A stretch of DNA of 64,000 nt. Origin: Hyphomicrobiaceae bacterium. Its GTDB lineage: Bacteria > Pseudomonadota > Alphaproteobacteria > Rhizobiales > Hyphomicrobiaceae. The stretch is from assembly GCA_008933705.1 (NCBI GenBank), contig WBUN01000013.1, positions 25,793-89,792 of the forward strand, given 5' to 3'. A program made the translations under genes and the position numbers. The notes under the pieces were generated by a model that saw only the letters and a list, made by a program, of their open reading frames with translations, had not been told where the DNA came from and did no database searches. This document shows, in pieces, positions 1-8,056 of this stretch (its first letter is position 1; the number at the start of each line of letters is the position of its first letter).

Positions 1-842
1 GGCAGGCGCCGCGCAATGCGGGGCAAGCGCGCCCACAACTTCAACGTTCCGCCGAGCCGCGGCGGCGCAGCACCTTTCAGCGTCGGACAGCCCCGCGCCG
101 TGCGGCTTCGAGCCGACAGGCTGCTCCGAAACGGGATCTGCGCAAGCAGGCCACGCCGAAGCGGGAACTGTCGAGGCAGGCGGTACCCAAGCAGGTCCCC
201 ACGCAGAAGCAGGCTGCACCCAAGCCATCGCAGCAGCCCGATGTCCGCCGGCGCGACCGTCGCGTGGATCGGGGCGGCGATGTACCCCGCACCGTCAGCC
301 GCATCCAGGCCAGCAACGAGCAGCGCATGCGCGTCCGTGAGCGGATCTTCCGCGACCGGCGCGTCGAGCGCATTCCGCGCAACCGGCTCAATGTCGCCCT
401 CGCGGTCGGCAGCCGCATCCCGCGCCGCCATCGCCTGCATCGCCTGACGCCGGCTATCCTTGCCCTCGCACCGGTCTATGCCGGCTACAGCTACCTGGTC
501 GTGGATGACACGGTTTGCATCGTCGATCCTGAGACGTACGTCATCGTCGACGTGCTGCCTGCGCCGATCGAGCGCGCCGAGGAAACCCGCCCGACGCTTG
601 CGCTCTCGGCCGAGCAGATGCATTTCATCTACGTCAGCGTGCCGAGAGACCGCCGCGAGGATGTGCGCGTCAGCCTGGCGCTTGGTGCCGAGATTCCGCG
701 CGGCATCCGGCTGCTCAGGTTCCCGGAACACGTGATCGAGCACGTGCCGGCGGTCGAGGCCTTCCGCTTCATCATCGTGAGGGAGGATGTCGTCATCGTC
801 GATCCTGCGGACCGCGCCGTGGTTCTGGTGATCACCGAATAG
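1..842 (+). CDS. DUF1236-like repeat protein, 5' end upstream of window
   Basis: Frame open from base 3 to TAG at 840-842. A K/Q/P-rich low-complexity part is followed by two hydrophobic repeats (YLVVDDTVCIVDPETYVIVDVL and FIIVREDVVIVDPADRAVVLVI) typical of DUF1236. High GC3. Confidence 0.7.
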   Translation, partial: QAPRNAGQARPQLQRSAEPRRRSTFQRRTAPRRAASSRQAAPKRDLRKQATPKRELSRQAVPKQVPTQKQAAPKPSQQPDVRRRDRRVDRGGDVPRTVSRIQASNEQRMRVRERIFRDRRVERIPRNRLNVALAVGSRIPRRHRLHRLTPAILALAPVYAGYSYLVVDDTVCIVDPETYVIVDVLPAPIERAEETRPTLALSAEQMHFIYVSVPRDRREDVRVSLALGAEIPRGIRLLRFPEHVIEHVPAVEAFRFIIVREDVVIVDPADRAVVLVITE

Positions 843-950
843 TCGAGCTCAAGCTCCGTCACGCGATTGTGACAACGCACTTCTCGCTGCAATGCGGCAT
901 GGCGGTGCCGCCACATAATTGACGAGGCACGTCAAGGTCCTTACCCTCCA

Positions 951-1817
951 TTGACGGCAACGGCGCGTGTGGCCCGTTGCGCAAGTGCGAAACCCACGGG
1001 GAAGCCCGGCCGCGAGGCCGTCCGATTGGGGGGTATCTTGAAAATTCTCGTGCTGGGCCTGCTCGCGGGGCTCGTCTGCGCGATGGGCGGAGCTGCTGCC
1101 TCGGAGGCAGCGGACTTCAAAGTCCTCAAGCTCGACGGCCACAACGTGCGCTGGCCGTTGCCGGCGAACGGCGCCGGCCCTGTCGTCTCCTACAGCATCG
1201 TCACCGCCACGCACGACTCTCCCGGCGCGCGCAACTGCCGGAGGATCACGGGCTTGGAAGAGTTGACGGCGGCATCGCAGCTGACGATGGCCGATGCTCG
1301 CGCCGAGATCGCTGCCGCGTTCGCCATGTGGGAAGCGGTTGCCAATATCTCGTTCCGAGAGGCGCCGGCGGGGACAAGGGCCGACATCCTGATCGGCGCA
1401 CAGGTGGACCCGGAAGGGTGGGCCTTTGCGGACGTGTTCTACGATGCGCTGTCGCCCGAGCCGGTGAAGCCTATCTCGCAGGGGCTGATCTGCCTCAATC
1501 CTGCCAAGCGCTGGAAGATCGGCTTTGACGGCGACCTGAAGACCTACGATCTGCGCTACACCATCGCGCACGAGATCGGCCATGCCATCGGCCTCGACCA
1601 TCCGAGCGGTGCGATGACAATCATGGGCTATCGTTACGAGGAGCGCTTCCGCCGCCTGCAGCCCGGCGACGTGCACGGCGCCGTTGCACTGTATGGCGAG
1701 CACCGCCCCGCAACGGTCGCCGCGACGTCCGAACCGCAGCGAAAGGCGCATCCTTCCGCAGTGCGCCGTTTCGCCAAGCGCTGGGGAACGAGAGCCTTCA
1801 CCGCACGTTCTCCATGA
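951..1817 (+). CDS. secreted matrixin-type (M10) zinc metalloprotease
   Basis: HEIGHAIGLDHP (HExxHxxGxxH) zinc motif. Signal-like LKILVLGLLAGLVCAMGG near the N-terminus. True start uncertain (951-1036). Confidence 0.8.
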   Translation: MTATARVARCASAKPTGKPGREAVRLGGILKILVLGLLAGLVCAMGGAAASEAADFKVLKLDGHNVRWPLPANGAGPVVSYSIVTATHDSPGARNCRRITGLEELTAASQLTMADARAEIAAAFAMWEAVANISFREAPAGTRADILIGAQVDPEGWAFADVFYDALSPEPVKPISQGLICLNPAKRWKIGFDGDLKTYDLRYTIAHEIGHAIGLDHPSGAMTIMGYRYEERFRRLQPGDVHGAVALYGEHRPATVAATSEPQRKAHPSAVRRFAKRWGTRAFTARSP

Positions 1818-2186
1818 GCTCTCCATCATCGCTCAGGGAGCGCGGCATGGAGCGCGGGCAGCTCATGGGCTGCCCGGAATACCGCCTGCCCCTCTTCGGT
1901 CGTCAGATGCATTGAGGCCGCCAGGTTGCGGTGCCGGCAGATCTCGTTTCTTCGTCGCCGGGCGCGCCGTCGGTCGCGTTCCTGTTCGTCGCGCTGCACC
2001 AGGTCAAGAAATGTTGCAGCGGTTTCAGCAGATTGCGCGATAAGGGCCGAATGAAAAGAGAGCGGCCATGATGCCGCTCAGTTGTCCAGGGAGGATACGG
2101 GGTCGGCGCAGCCCGATCGGGCTTGTGGGTGCGCCGGTCAACCCGGGAACGACAACGCGGGCCATTTGTTCCTCAAGTCCAAGCGG

Positions 2187-2211
2187 GGAACACGCGGAGG
2201 GGGCTGGCGTT
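2187..2211 (+). promoter_or_regulatory. EcfG-type (GSR) promoter box GGAAC-N16-CGTT upstream of the M48 peptidase
   Basis: GGAAC at 2187-2191, exactly 16 nt, CGTT at 2208-2211, 42 nt before the ORF start at 2253. A second imperfect box (GGAAC-N16-TGTT) lies at 2146-2170. Confidence 0.5.
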
Positions 2212-2252
2212 TGTGCGATGCAATGTGGCCACTGGCGATTTGAGGCAGGAGC

Positions 2253-2936
2253 TTGGTTTTCATGAGATTTGGCGAAGAGCGGCGCGCCATCTACCCCGGC
2301 GTCGGTCAGTGGGGCATGCCGGCGATCAGCTATTCCCGTACGCGCGATGCAGCCGGGACAGTTCTGGAGGCGCGGCTGCACGCCCTCGCGCAGGTCGTGG
2401 CACGGCTGTGCCGCAAGCTGCGGCTGCCGATGCCGGCCCTCACTTTCGACCACTGCGAGGAGATCAATGCAGGCGTCACAGGCACAAGCCCGCACGATGC
2501 AGTGCTCTATTTCTCGGCCGGCGCACTTCTGAAGCTCACGCCGCGCGAGGCGGCCGCTGTAGCCGCACATGAGCTTGCCCACATAGCGGCGCGCGACTTC
2601 GACGACGGCATGGCCGGCCTTGCAACGCATCGGCATGGCACCTCGCCGCTGCGGCGTATGGTCGATTGGCTGCACATCGTCCGTTGGACCGTAGCCAAGC
2701 GCCGCCGCGAGTACGCGGCAGACCGGCTGGCAGCCCGGCTGATCGGCGCAACCCCGCTCATCTCCGCCCTGCGCAAGACGGCGCGGGATGTGCCGCGCTC
2801 GACGCGACCTTGGCTTGCCACGCATCCGCATCCGCGGCGACGCATTCGCGCGCTCGAGAAGCTGCAGCATGCTCGCGCCGACAAGCCTCGCCGGGTGCGT
2901 GTTGCGCGGAACCGCCGCCCTTCCCGGACGTTTTGA
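2253..2936 (+). CDS. M48-family (HtpX-like) zinc metalloprotease
   Basis: HELAH (HExxH) motif, downstream EYAADRLAA, and the C-terminal THPHPRRRIRAL signature seen in M48 peptidases. Confidence 0.75.
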   Translation: MVFMRFGEERRAIYPGVGQWGMPAISYSRTRDAAGTVLEARLHALAQVVARLCRKLRLPMPALTFDHCEEINAGVTGTSPHDAVLYFSAGALLKLTPREAAAVAAHELAHIAARDFDDGMAGLATHRHGTSPLRRMVDWLHIVRWTVAKRRREYAADRLAARLIGATPLISALRKTARDVPRSTRPWLATHPHPRRRIRALEKLQHARADKPRRVRVARNRRPSRTF

Positions 2937-3049
2937 TCATCGTACGGGTTCGAAAGTAGCCTGCGGCCCTGCAGGGCCGGGGCCACAGGGGCTCGCGGTC
3001 GATGGCTTCCCGCGGGCCCCTTCAATGCGCGCGTGCGCGCAAGTCCGCG

Positions 3050-3859
3050 TCACGCCGTGGCAAGGCGAGGCCGCTCGGGACGGCCGCGGATGTCGAAGAA
3101 CAGCGCTTGACTGATGATGGCCTTTACGTTGTCGGGATGAAACGGCTTGGTGATGAGGAAGGTCGGCTCCGGCCGCGTACCCGTCAGCAGTCGTTGCGGA
3201 TAGGCCGTGACGAAGATCACGGGAACGGAGAATGTGCGCAGGATCTCGTTCACCGCGTCGAGCCCGGAGCTGCCGTCCGCAAGCTGGATGTCTGCAAGGA
3301 TGAGGCCTGGCTGCGAGCGCTGCACCGCCTCGATCGCCTGGCGCTTTGTGCGGGCAATCTTGATCACACGATGACCGAGGCTGGTGACCAGACGCTCCAG
3401 GTCGAGCGCGATCAAGGGCTCATCCTCGATGATCACGACGTCGGTCGCGATCTGGCGTGCGATCTCGCGCCCGGCCTCGTCGATCAGGGCCTGAAGCTCT
3501 GCTTGATCCACGCCCAGCGCAAGGGCGGCATCTGCGGGCGGGAATTCCTCGACAGCGACGAGCAGGAATGCCTGCCGCGCTGGCGGGGCGAGACGCTCCA
3601 AATTGCGCTCGGCGGCCTGCAGCGCCGGCTCGTCCGCTTTTGCATGGCCGTTCAGCGGAACGGTATTCAGGATCATGAGGAACGCTCGGTAAAGAGCAAC
3701 CCGGGGCGGCAGATCCGCGGAGAAGATGGACGGATCGGCCAGCAGCGCCTCCAGCGTGGAGACCACATAGGCGTCGCCGCTTCTCTGGCTGCCCGTCACG
3801 GCCCGGGCGAATCGCCGGAGAAACGGCAGATGCGGGCCCACCTGTTCCGCAATCGACAT
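3050..3859 (-). CDS. phyR: PhyR anti-anti-sigma response regulator (sigma-like domain + receiver)
   Basis: N-terminal ECF-sigma-like domain (LPFLRRFARAVTGS) and C-terminal receiver (VVIIEDEPLIA, ILADIQLADGSSG, ITKPF). Divergent from nepR-ecfG as in canonical GSR loci. Confidence 0.9.
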   Translation of the reverse strand: MSIAEQVGPHLPFLRRFARAVTGSQRSGDAYVVSTLEALLADPSIFSADLPPRVALYRAFLMILNTVPLNGHAKADEPALQAAERNLERLAPPARQAFLLVAVEEFPPADAALALGVDQAELQALIDEAGREIARQIATDVVIIEDEPLIALDLERLVTSLGHRVIKIARTKRQAIEAVQRSQPGLILADIQLADGSSGLDAVNEILRTFSVPVIFVTAYPQRLLTGTRPEPTFLITKPFHPDNVKAIISQALFFDIRGRPERPRLATA

Positions 3860-3900
3860 GAGGTGCCCTCCGCACGATGCTGCCTACAGCCGGTTAGATT

Positions 3901-3925
3901 AACGCCTGGACGCGAACCTAGTTCC
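3901..3925 (-). promoter_or_regulatory. EcfG-type promoter for phyR (GGAAC-N16-CGTT on minus strand)
   Basis: Plus strand reads AACG(3901-3904)-N16-GTTCC(3921-3925), which is GGAAC-N16-CGTT on the minus strand. It lies 42 nt upstream of the phyR ATG (3859). Confidence 0.65.
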
Positions 3926-3932
3926 ATTGGAG

Positions 3933-3957
3933 GGAACCTTATGGAGGCCAGGGAGTT
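3933..3957 (+). promoter_or_regulatory. EcfG-type promoter for nepR-ecfG (GGAAC-N16-AGTT)
   Basis: GGAAC 3933-3937, 16-nt spacer, AGTT 3954-3957. It is back-to-back with the phyR box. Confidence 0.5.
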
Positions 3958-4017
3958 TGGACACAGGGGGCGATGGAGCGGCCATAGGCCCCCGGGGCAC
4001 CAGAAGGGATCACTAAC

Positions 4018-4359
4018 ATGTCGGGTAAGGATGGCGCGGCTCAACTCACGGTAATTGATGGGGTCCCTGCAGCCGGCGAGCCCGTGCAGCTACTTCCCCC
4101 AGTGATAGGCGAGCGAAAGCTGCATATCGTGCACGACAGGAATGCACACGACGGAAAGCAGAGGACGCAGGCCCGCGTGCCCCCGGCCCCTACGCCTTCG
4201 CATGCTTCCGGCAAGCGGCGGGGCATGCTGGACAGGTCGCTGCAGGCGCAGCTCGGCCGGCAGTTGAGGGCCATATTCTCCGATGTGGCGGAGGAGCCGG
4301 TGCCCGAGCGCTTCATCAAGCTGCTCGAGGCGCTGGAGGCAAAGGAGAAGCAACGGTGA
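4018..4359 (+). CDS. nepR: NepR anti-sigma factor
   Basis: C-terminal LGRQLRAIFSDVAEEPVPERFIKLLEALE helix typical of NepR. Its stop overlaps the ecfG GTG start (GTGA at 4356-4359). The true start may be internal (e.g. ATG 4225). Confidence 0.8.
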   Translation: MSGKDGAAQLTVIDGVPAAGEPVQLLPPVIGERKLHIVHDRNAHDGKQRTQARVPPAPTPSHASGKRRGMLDRSLQAQLGRQLRAIFSDVAEEPVPERFIKLLEALEAKEKQR

Positions 4360-4922
4360 GCACCAAGCCCGTGCCTGTCAAGCAGGCGCTCCTTGCGCTG
4401 ATCCCCAATCTGCGTGCGTTCGCGGTCTCCCTGTGCGGAGACATCGAGCGCGCCGACGATCTCGTGCAGGAAACCCTGCTCAAGGCGTGGGACCACCTGG
4501 ACAGCTTCCAGGAAGGTACGAATCTCCGCGCCTGGCTGTTCACAATCCTGCGCAACACCTACTTCTCGGAGTGCCGGCGCCGGCGCCGTGAGGTCGAGGA
4601 CCGCGACGGCTCCAAGGCGGCCGATCTTGCCGTGCACCCCGGACAGCACGGCCATCTCGACATGCAGGATTTCCGCCGCGCCCTCAGCCTCCTGCCGCCC
4701 GACCAGCGAGAAGCTCTCGTCCTCGTTGGCGCGGCCGGGTTCTCCTACGAGGAGGCGGCTGCGGTATCACAATGTGCCGTGGGCACAATCAAGAGCCGCG
4801 TCAACCGGGCGCGCGCGAAGCTGACCGACATGCTCGGCGTCGACACGCCGCGCGAGTTCGGGCCCGATTCCGCGACCGAGGCCATCGTTGCGCGCACCGT
4901 CGGAAGCTCCCGGCAGTCCTAG
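4356..4922 (+). CDS. ecfG: ECF sigma factor EcfG (general stress response sigma)
   Basis: Sigma-70 region 2 (DDLVQETLLKAWDHLDSF, RAWLFTILRN) and region 4 (REALVLVGAAGFSYEEAAAVSQCAVGTIKSRVNRAR). Translationally coupled to nepR. Confidence 0.9.
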   Translation: MSTKPVPVKQALLALIPNLRAFAVSLCGDIERADDLVQETLLKAWDHLDSFQEGTNLRAWLFTILRNTYFSECRRRRREVEDRDGSKAADLAVHPGQHGHLDMQDFRRALSLLPPDQREALVLVGAAGFSYEEAAAVSQCAVGTIKSRVNRARAKLTDMLGVDTPREFGPDSATEAIVARTVGSSRQS

Positions 4923-4932
4923 AGCCCGTCCC

Positions 4933-5112
4933 CTACCCGCCGCCTCGCACAACACGGCAGCCCGAGAGCATCAGCAGGCACATGGCGACCACATAGGCCA
5001 TCTGGCCAGCGTCGCTGGCCGTCTTCGCGGTCGCCACGTAGCCGAGCGGTTCGGCAACGGCAGCGGCGGCGGCGAGTGTGGCGGACCAAGCAAGAGCTGC
5101 CAGCGCAAACAT
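4933..5112 (-). CDS. small hydrophobic protein (59 aa)
   Basis: Internal ATG of the 4933-5355 ORF. Sequence MFALAALAWSATLAAAAAVAEPLGYV...MCLLMLSGC is membrane-like. An EcfG-like box lies 29 nt upstream. The RBS is weak. Confidence 0.4.
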   Translation of the reverse strand: MFALAALAWSATLAAAAAVAEPLGYVATAKTASDAGQMAYVVAMCLLMLSGCRVVRGGG

Positions 5113-5140
5113 ACAGGTGCCCCATTGTTCTGACGGCGTA

Positions 5141-5165
5141 AACGCCGGCGGCACGCAAAGGTTCA
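5141..5165 (-). promoter_or_regulatory. EcfG-like box (TGAAC-N16-CGTT, minus strand)
   Basis: Plus strand reads AACG(5141-5144)-N16-GTTCA(5161-5165). One mismatch in the -35 element. Confidence 0.4.
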
Positions 5166-5421
5166 CTCCGGCGGCGCCAAATGTCCCGCCGCAACTTGCC
5201 GCAGCCAAATTTGCCGCAGCCGAAGCGGCAGGCGCGCCTTTCGGTCTCGGCGGGCCAGCATTGCTCGGGCGCGATCGTTCTCGTTGGAAGCGGCGGTCCG
5301 CTCCGGTTCGAGAACGTGAATCTCGCCCTATACCGAGGAAGTAGTGTTCAGACACCGACGTTTGGTACCCACGCTGTCATGGTCGGGTCTGCTTGCCCCT
5401 GACAAGTCGCGAGGGTTTCGG

Positions 5422-6228
5422 CTATCGAGGCGTGGCGCGGCCGGAGCGTCGCCGCCTCGCCTGCTGATCAAAGAACAATACCTGGCTGACGATGGCGCGC
5501 ACGGCATCGTCCCGGAACGGCTTGGCGATGAGGAAGGTCGGCTCGGGCCTTTCCCCCGTCATGAGCTTCTCGGGGTAGGCGGTGATGAATACGACCGGCA
5601 CGCTGAAGCGCCCGAGCAGATCATTGACCGCATCCAGTCCCGAGCTGCCGTCGGCCAGCCGGAGGTCTGCCAGGATCAGGCCGGGCTCGTGCAGTGCTGC
5701 CGCCCGTAGGGCGTCGTCGTAGGTTCGCGCGATCGACATCACGCGGTGGCCGAGGTCGGTCATAAGCCTCTCGAGCTCGACAGCGATCAGCGGTTCGTCC
5801 TCGATGATGAGGACATCGGTGGAGATCTGCCGGCCGATGACCGTGCCGACCTCCTCCAGCAACGCCCCGACATCACTCTCGGAAACGTCGAGAATCCGCG
5901 CGACCTCGAATCTGGTGAAATCCTCGACCGTCGCCAGCAGAAACGCTTCGCGTGCCCGAGGCTCGAGCGCGGCAAGCGAGCGCGTGGCGGTGGCGCCCAA
6001 GGCCTCTACGCCGGCGTCGGGCTCGTCGTAGTCGACGGCAACAGTGGTGAGGAAGCACTTGTAGAGCGCAGCTCTAGGCGGCAGATCGGGGAAGGCCGAG
6101 GGGTCCGTGACAATGGCCTCCAGCACGCGGGCGACCGCGGCGTCTCCGGTCTTTTGGCTGCCCGTCAGGAGGCGCGCAAATCTGCGCAGGTGCGGCAGGA
6201 ATGGAGCAATGCTCTCAGCTAGGGACAT
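5422..6228 (-). CDS. second PhyR-type response regulator (paralogue)
   Basis: Same two-domain layout as phyR: LPHLRRFARLLTGS sigma-like N-domain, then a receiver with VLIIEDEPLIA, ILADLRLADGSSG and IAKPF. Confidence 0.85.
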   Translation of the reverse strand: MSLAESIAPFLPHLRRFARLLTGSQKTGDAAVARVLEAIVTDPSAFPDLPPRAALYKCFLTTVAVDYDEPDAGVEALGATATRSLAALEPRAREAFLLATVEDFTRFEVARILDVSESDVGALLEEVGTVIGRQISTDVLIIEDEPLIAVELERLMTDLGHRVMSIARTYDDALRAAALHEPGLILADLRLADGSSGLDAVNDLLGRFSVPVVFITAYPEKLMTGERPEPTFLIAKPFRDDAVRAIVSQVLFFDQQARRRRSGRATPR

Positions 6229-6377
6229 GACACAATACCGACTGGCTTCTTGGACGCTTCGACGACGAGTGGCCGGCTCGCAGCGTCGGCCGTCCCCGCG
6301 AGCCGAGAGCTGTCATATTGAGCAAGCACGAGCGTTGGCGCATATGTAAGGCGCGCGCGAGCAAAGAGAAAGAGAAC

Positions 6378-6590
6378 ATGGTTAAGCGGGGGAAGCGGAA
6401 ACGGCCCGGCGCATCGCGGGCCAACCGGTCCGCACGACTGCCTAAGGATGCGGCAAGGAAGGCATTTCCGCTGCATGAGCACATAGGCCGGCAGCTCAAG
6501 GCGATGTTCGACGATGTTGCCAAGGAGCCGGTGCCGGAGAAGCTCATCGCACTGCTCGAGAAGCTCGAGCGCAAGCAAACGAAGTCGTGA
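6378..6590 (+). CDS. second NepR-type anti-sigma factor (paralogue)
   Basis: IGRQLKAMFDDVAKEPVPEKLIALLEKLE matches the NepR helix. ATG 6378 is preceded by a purine-rich AAGAGAAAGAGAAC. Divergent from the PhyR paralogue. Confidence 0.7.
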   Translation: MVKRGKRKRPGASRANRSARLPKDAARKAFPLHEHIGRQLKAMFDDVAKEPVPEKLIALLEKLERKQTKS

Positions 6591-6671
6591 AGACGGGTGG
6601 GGTCCCAACTCCGGAACGAATTCCCATTTCTCAGGTTGAGCATCGCAGCTCCCGGGACTTGGGGACGTGTC

Positions 6672-6818
6672 ATGAGTTCGTGGAACGCAGTGAAGACGGA
6701 GCTTCGGGAGGTCGTCTGGCTCGCCTCCATCGTCGGCGGCCTGTCCGTGCTCGGCGTGGGCGCCGCTGTCGCTCTGGCGATGGCATTCGACATATGGAGC
6801 CCGGTGGTCCACGTGTAG
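6672..6818 (+). CDS. small membrane peptide (48 aa) following nepR paralogue
   Basis: MSSWNAVKTELREVVWLASIVGGLSVLGVGAAVALAMAF has one clear TM helix. GGGGA lies 8 nt upstream of the ATG. Confidence 0.4.
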   Translation: MSSWNAVKTELREVVWLASIVGGLSVLGVGAAVALAMAFDIWSPVVHV

Positions 6819-6882
6819 CCAGGGGCCTCGGCAGCGGACTGAACTTCGTTCAGGTGCGCACCCGGCAATTTCGGCTGGCTGG

Positions 6883-6907
6883 GGAACCCTGAAGAGACGC
6901 CGGCGTT
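6883..6907 (+). promoter_or_regulatory. perfect EcfG-type promoter GGAAC-N16-CGTT
   Basis: GGAAC 6883-6887, 16 nt, CGTT 6904-6907. No ORF follows before an intrinsic terminator. Confidence 0.65.
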
Positions 6908-6913
6908 ATTCGT

Positions 6914-7002
6914 CCAAGACGGGCGCGCAAATTCCCCCCCTGCTTCCCTCACGCGCCCGTCGCGACCCGCGGTTCCCCCAAAGCCGCGGGTCATTCCTTT
7001 TT
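6914..7002 (+). ncRNA. candidate EcfG-dependent sRNA with C-rich loops (GsrN-like architecture)
   Basis: Stem 1 is 6918-6927/6952-6961 (10 bp perfect), with a 24-nt loop carrying CCCCCCC and CUUCCCUC. Stem 2 is 6964-6972/6984-6992 (9 bp), loop UUCCCCCAAAG, followed by AUUCCUUUUU. Ends are approximate. Confidence 0.55.
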
Positions 7003-7170
7003 GGCGCATATGGAGGGCCGGCGCCCCTTTCCCGTCCGTTAACGCTGCCCATCGGGACCGGCGCCGAGCGCGAGCGGACGCGCGTAAACCCGGTGGTTCG
7101 ACGCGTGAGCGCAAGCAGGTAAGATGGCGCGTGCACGCGGGGTGTACTCGTATTCGGGGCATAGCAGGAG

Positions 7171-8046
7171 TTGGCAATGGCGCCGCGGCCGAACTGGAAA
7201 GGCTACCTGAAGCTTTCGCTCGTCTCGTGCGCGGTCGCGCTGTATCCGGCCACAACCACCTCCGAGCGCGTCTCCTTCCGCACCCTCAATCGCGCCACCG
7301 GCAACCGCGTCCGGCGCCAGTACGTCGACGAGCAGACCGGAGAGCCCGTCGAGGCAGACCAGCAGGCCAAAGGCTACGAGGTCGCCAAGCACGAGTACAT
7401 CATGATCGACGACGACGAGCTGAAGGCCGTGCAGCTCGAAAGCAATCACACCATCGACATCGAGCGCTTCGTGCCGCGCTCGGAGATCGACGAGCTCTAT
7501 CTCGACACCCCCTACTACATGGCCCCGACCGACCGCGTTGGCGAGGAAGCGTTCGCCGTCATCCGCGATGCGATGCGCGCGCAGAAGATGGTGGGCCTGG
7601 CACGCGTGGTGCTGTATCGGCGCGAGCGCCTGCTGATGCTCGAGCCGCGCGGCAAAGGCCTGGTGGCGGTCAGCCTGCGATACGGCAGCGAGGTGCACGC
7701 CGGCGACGCCTACTTCGACGAGATTCCCGATACGGATCTGCCCAAGGAGATGACGGAGCTGGCCAAGCACATCATCGCCAAGATGACCGGCAGGTTCGAG
7801 CCCGACAAATACGAGGACCGTTACGAGAATGCGCTCATCGAGCTGATCCGCTCCAAGCAGAAGGGCGAGCCGATCAAGCCACAGCCGACGCATCGTCAGG
7901 CCAACGTGATCAACCTCATGGATGCGCTGCGCCGGAGCGTCGACGCCGAGCAGAAGGCCGATGCCGACCGCAGTGCAGCCAGGAAGCCGGTCGGCCGCGC
8001 CACGCGTACTGCCAAAGCCAAGAGCCGCGCGAGGAAGGCCGGCTGA
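7171..8046 (+). CDS. ku: Ku protein (NHEJ)
   Basis: N-terminus WKGYLKLSLVSCAVALYPA and the overall Ku core. Basic C-terminal tail. Directly upstream of ligD. Confidence 0.93.
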   Translation: MAMAPRPNWKGYLKLSLVSCAVALYPATTTSERVSFRTLNRATGNRVRRQYVDEQTGEPVEADQQAKGYEVAKHEYIMIDDDELKAVQLESNHTIDIERFVPRSEIDELYLDTPYYMAPTDRVGEEAFAVIRDAMRAQKMVGLARVVLYRRERLLMLEPRGKGLVAVSLRYGSEVHAGDAYFDEIPDTDLPKEMTELAKHIIAKMTGRFEPDKYEDRYENALIELIRSKQKGEPIKPQPTHRQANVINLMDALRRSVDAEQKADADRSAARKPVGRATRTAKAKSRARKAG

Positions 8047-8056
8047 CTGAATCGCC

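Noticed and set aside
849-1829. 326-aa minus-strand ORF opposite the matrixin gene; likewise 2025-2870 opposite the M48 gene
   Set aside because: Both are shadow ORFs of genes with clear catalytic motifs on the plus strand, and their composition is Arg/Gly/Ala-rich.
6215-7255. 346-aa minus-strand ORF running across nepR paralogue, sRNA candidate and ku start
   Set aside because: It crosses several independently supported plus-strand features and an intergenic region. The composition is junk-like (S/R/P/A-rich).
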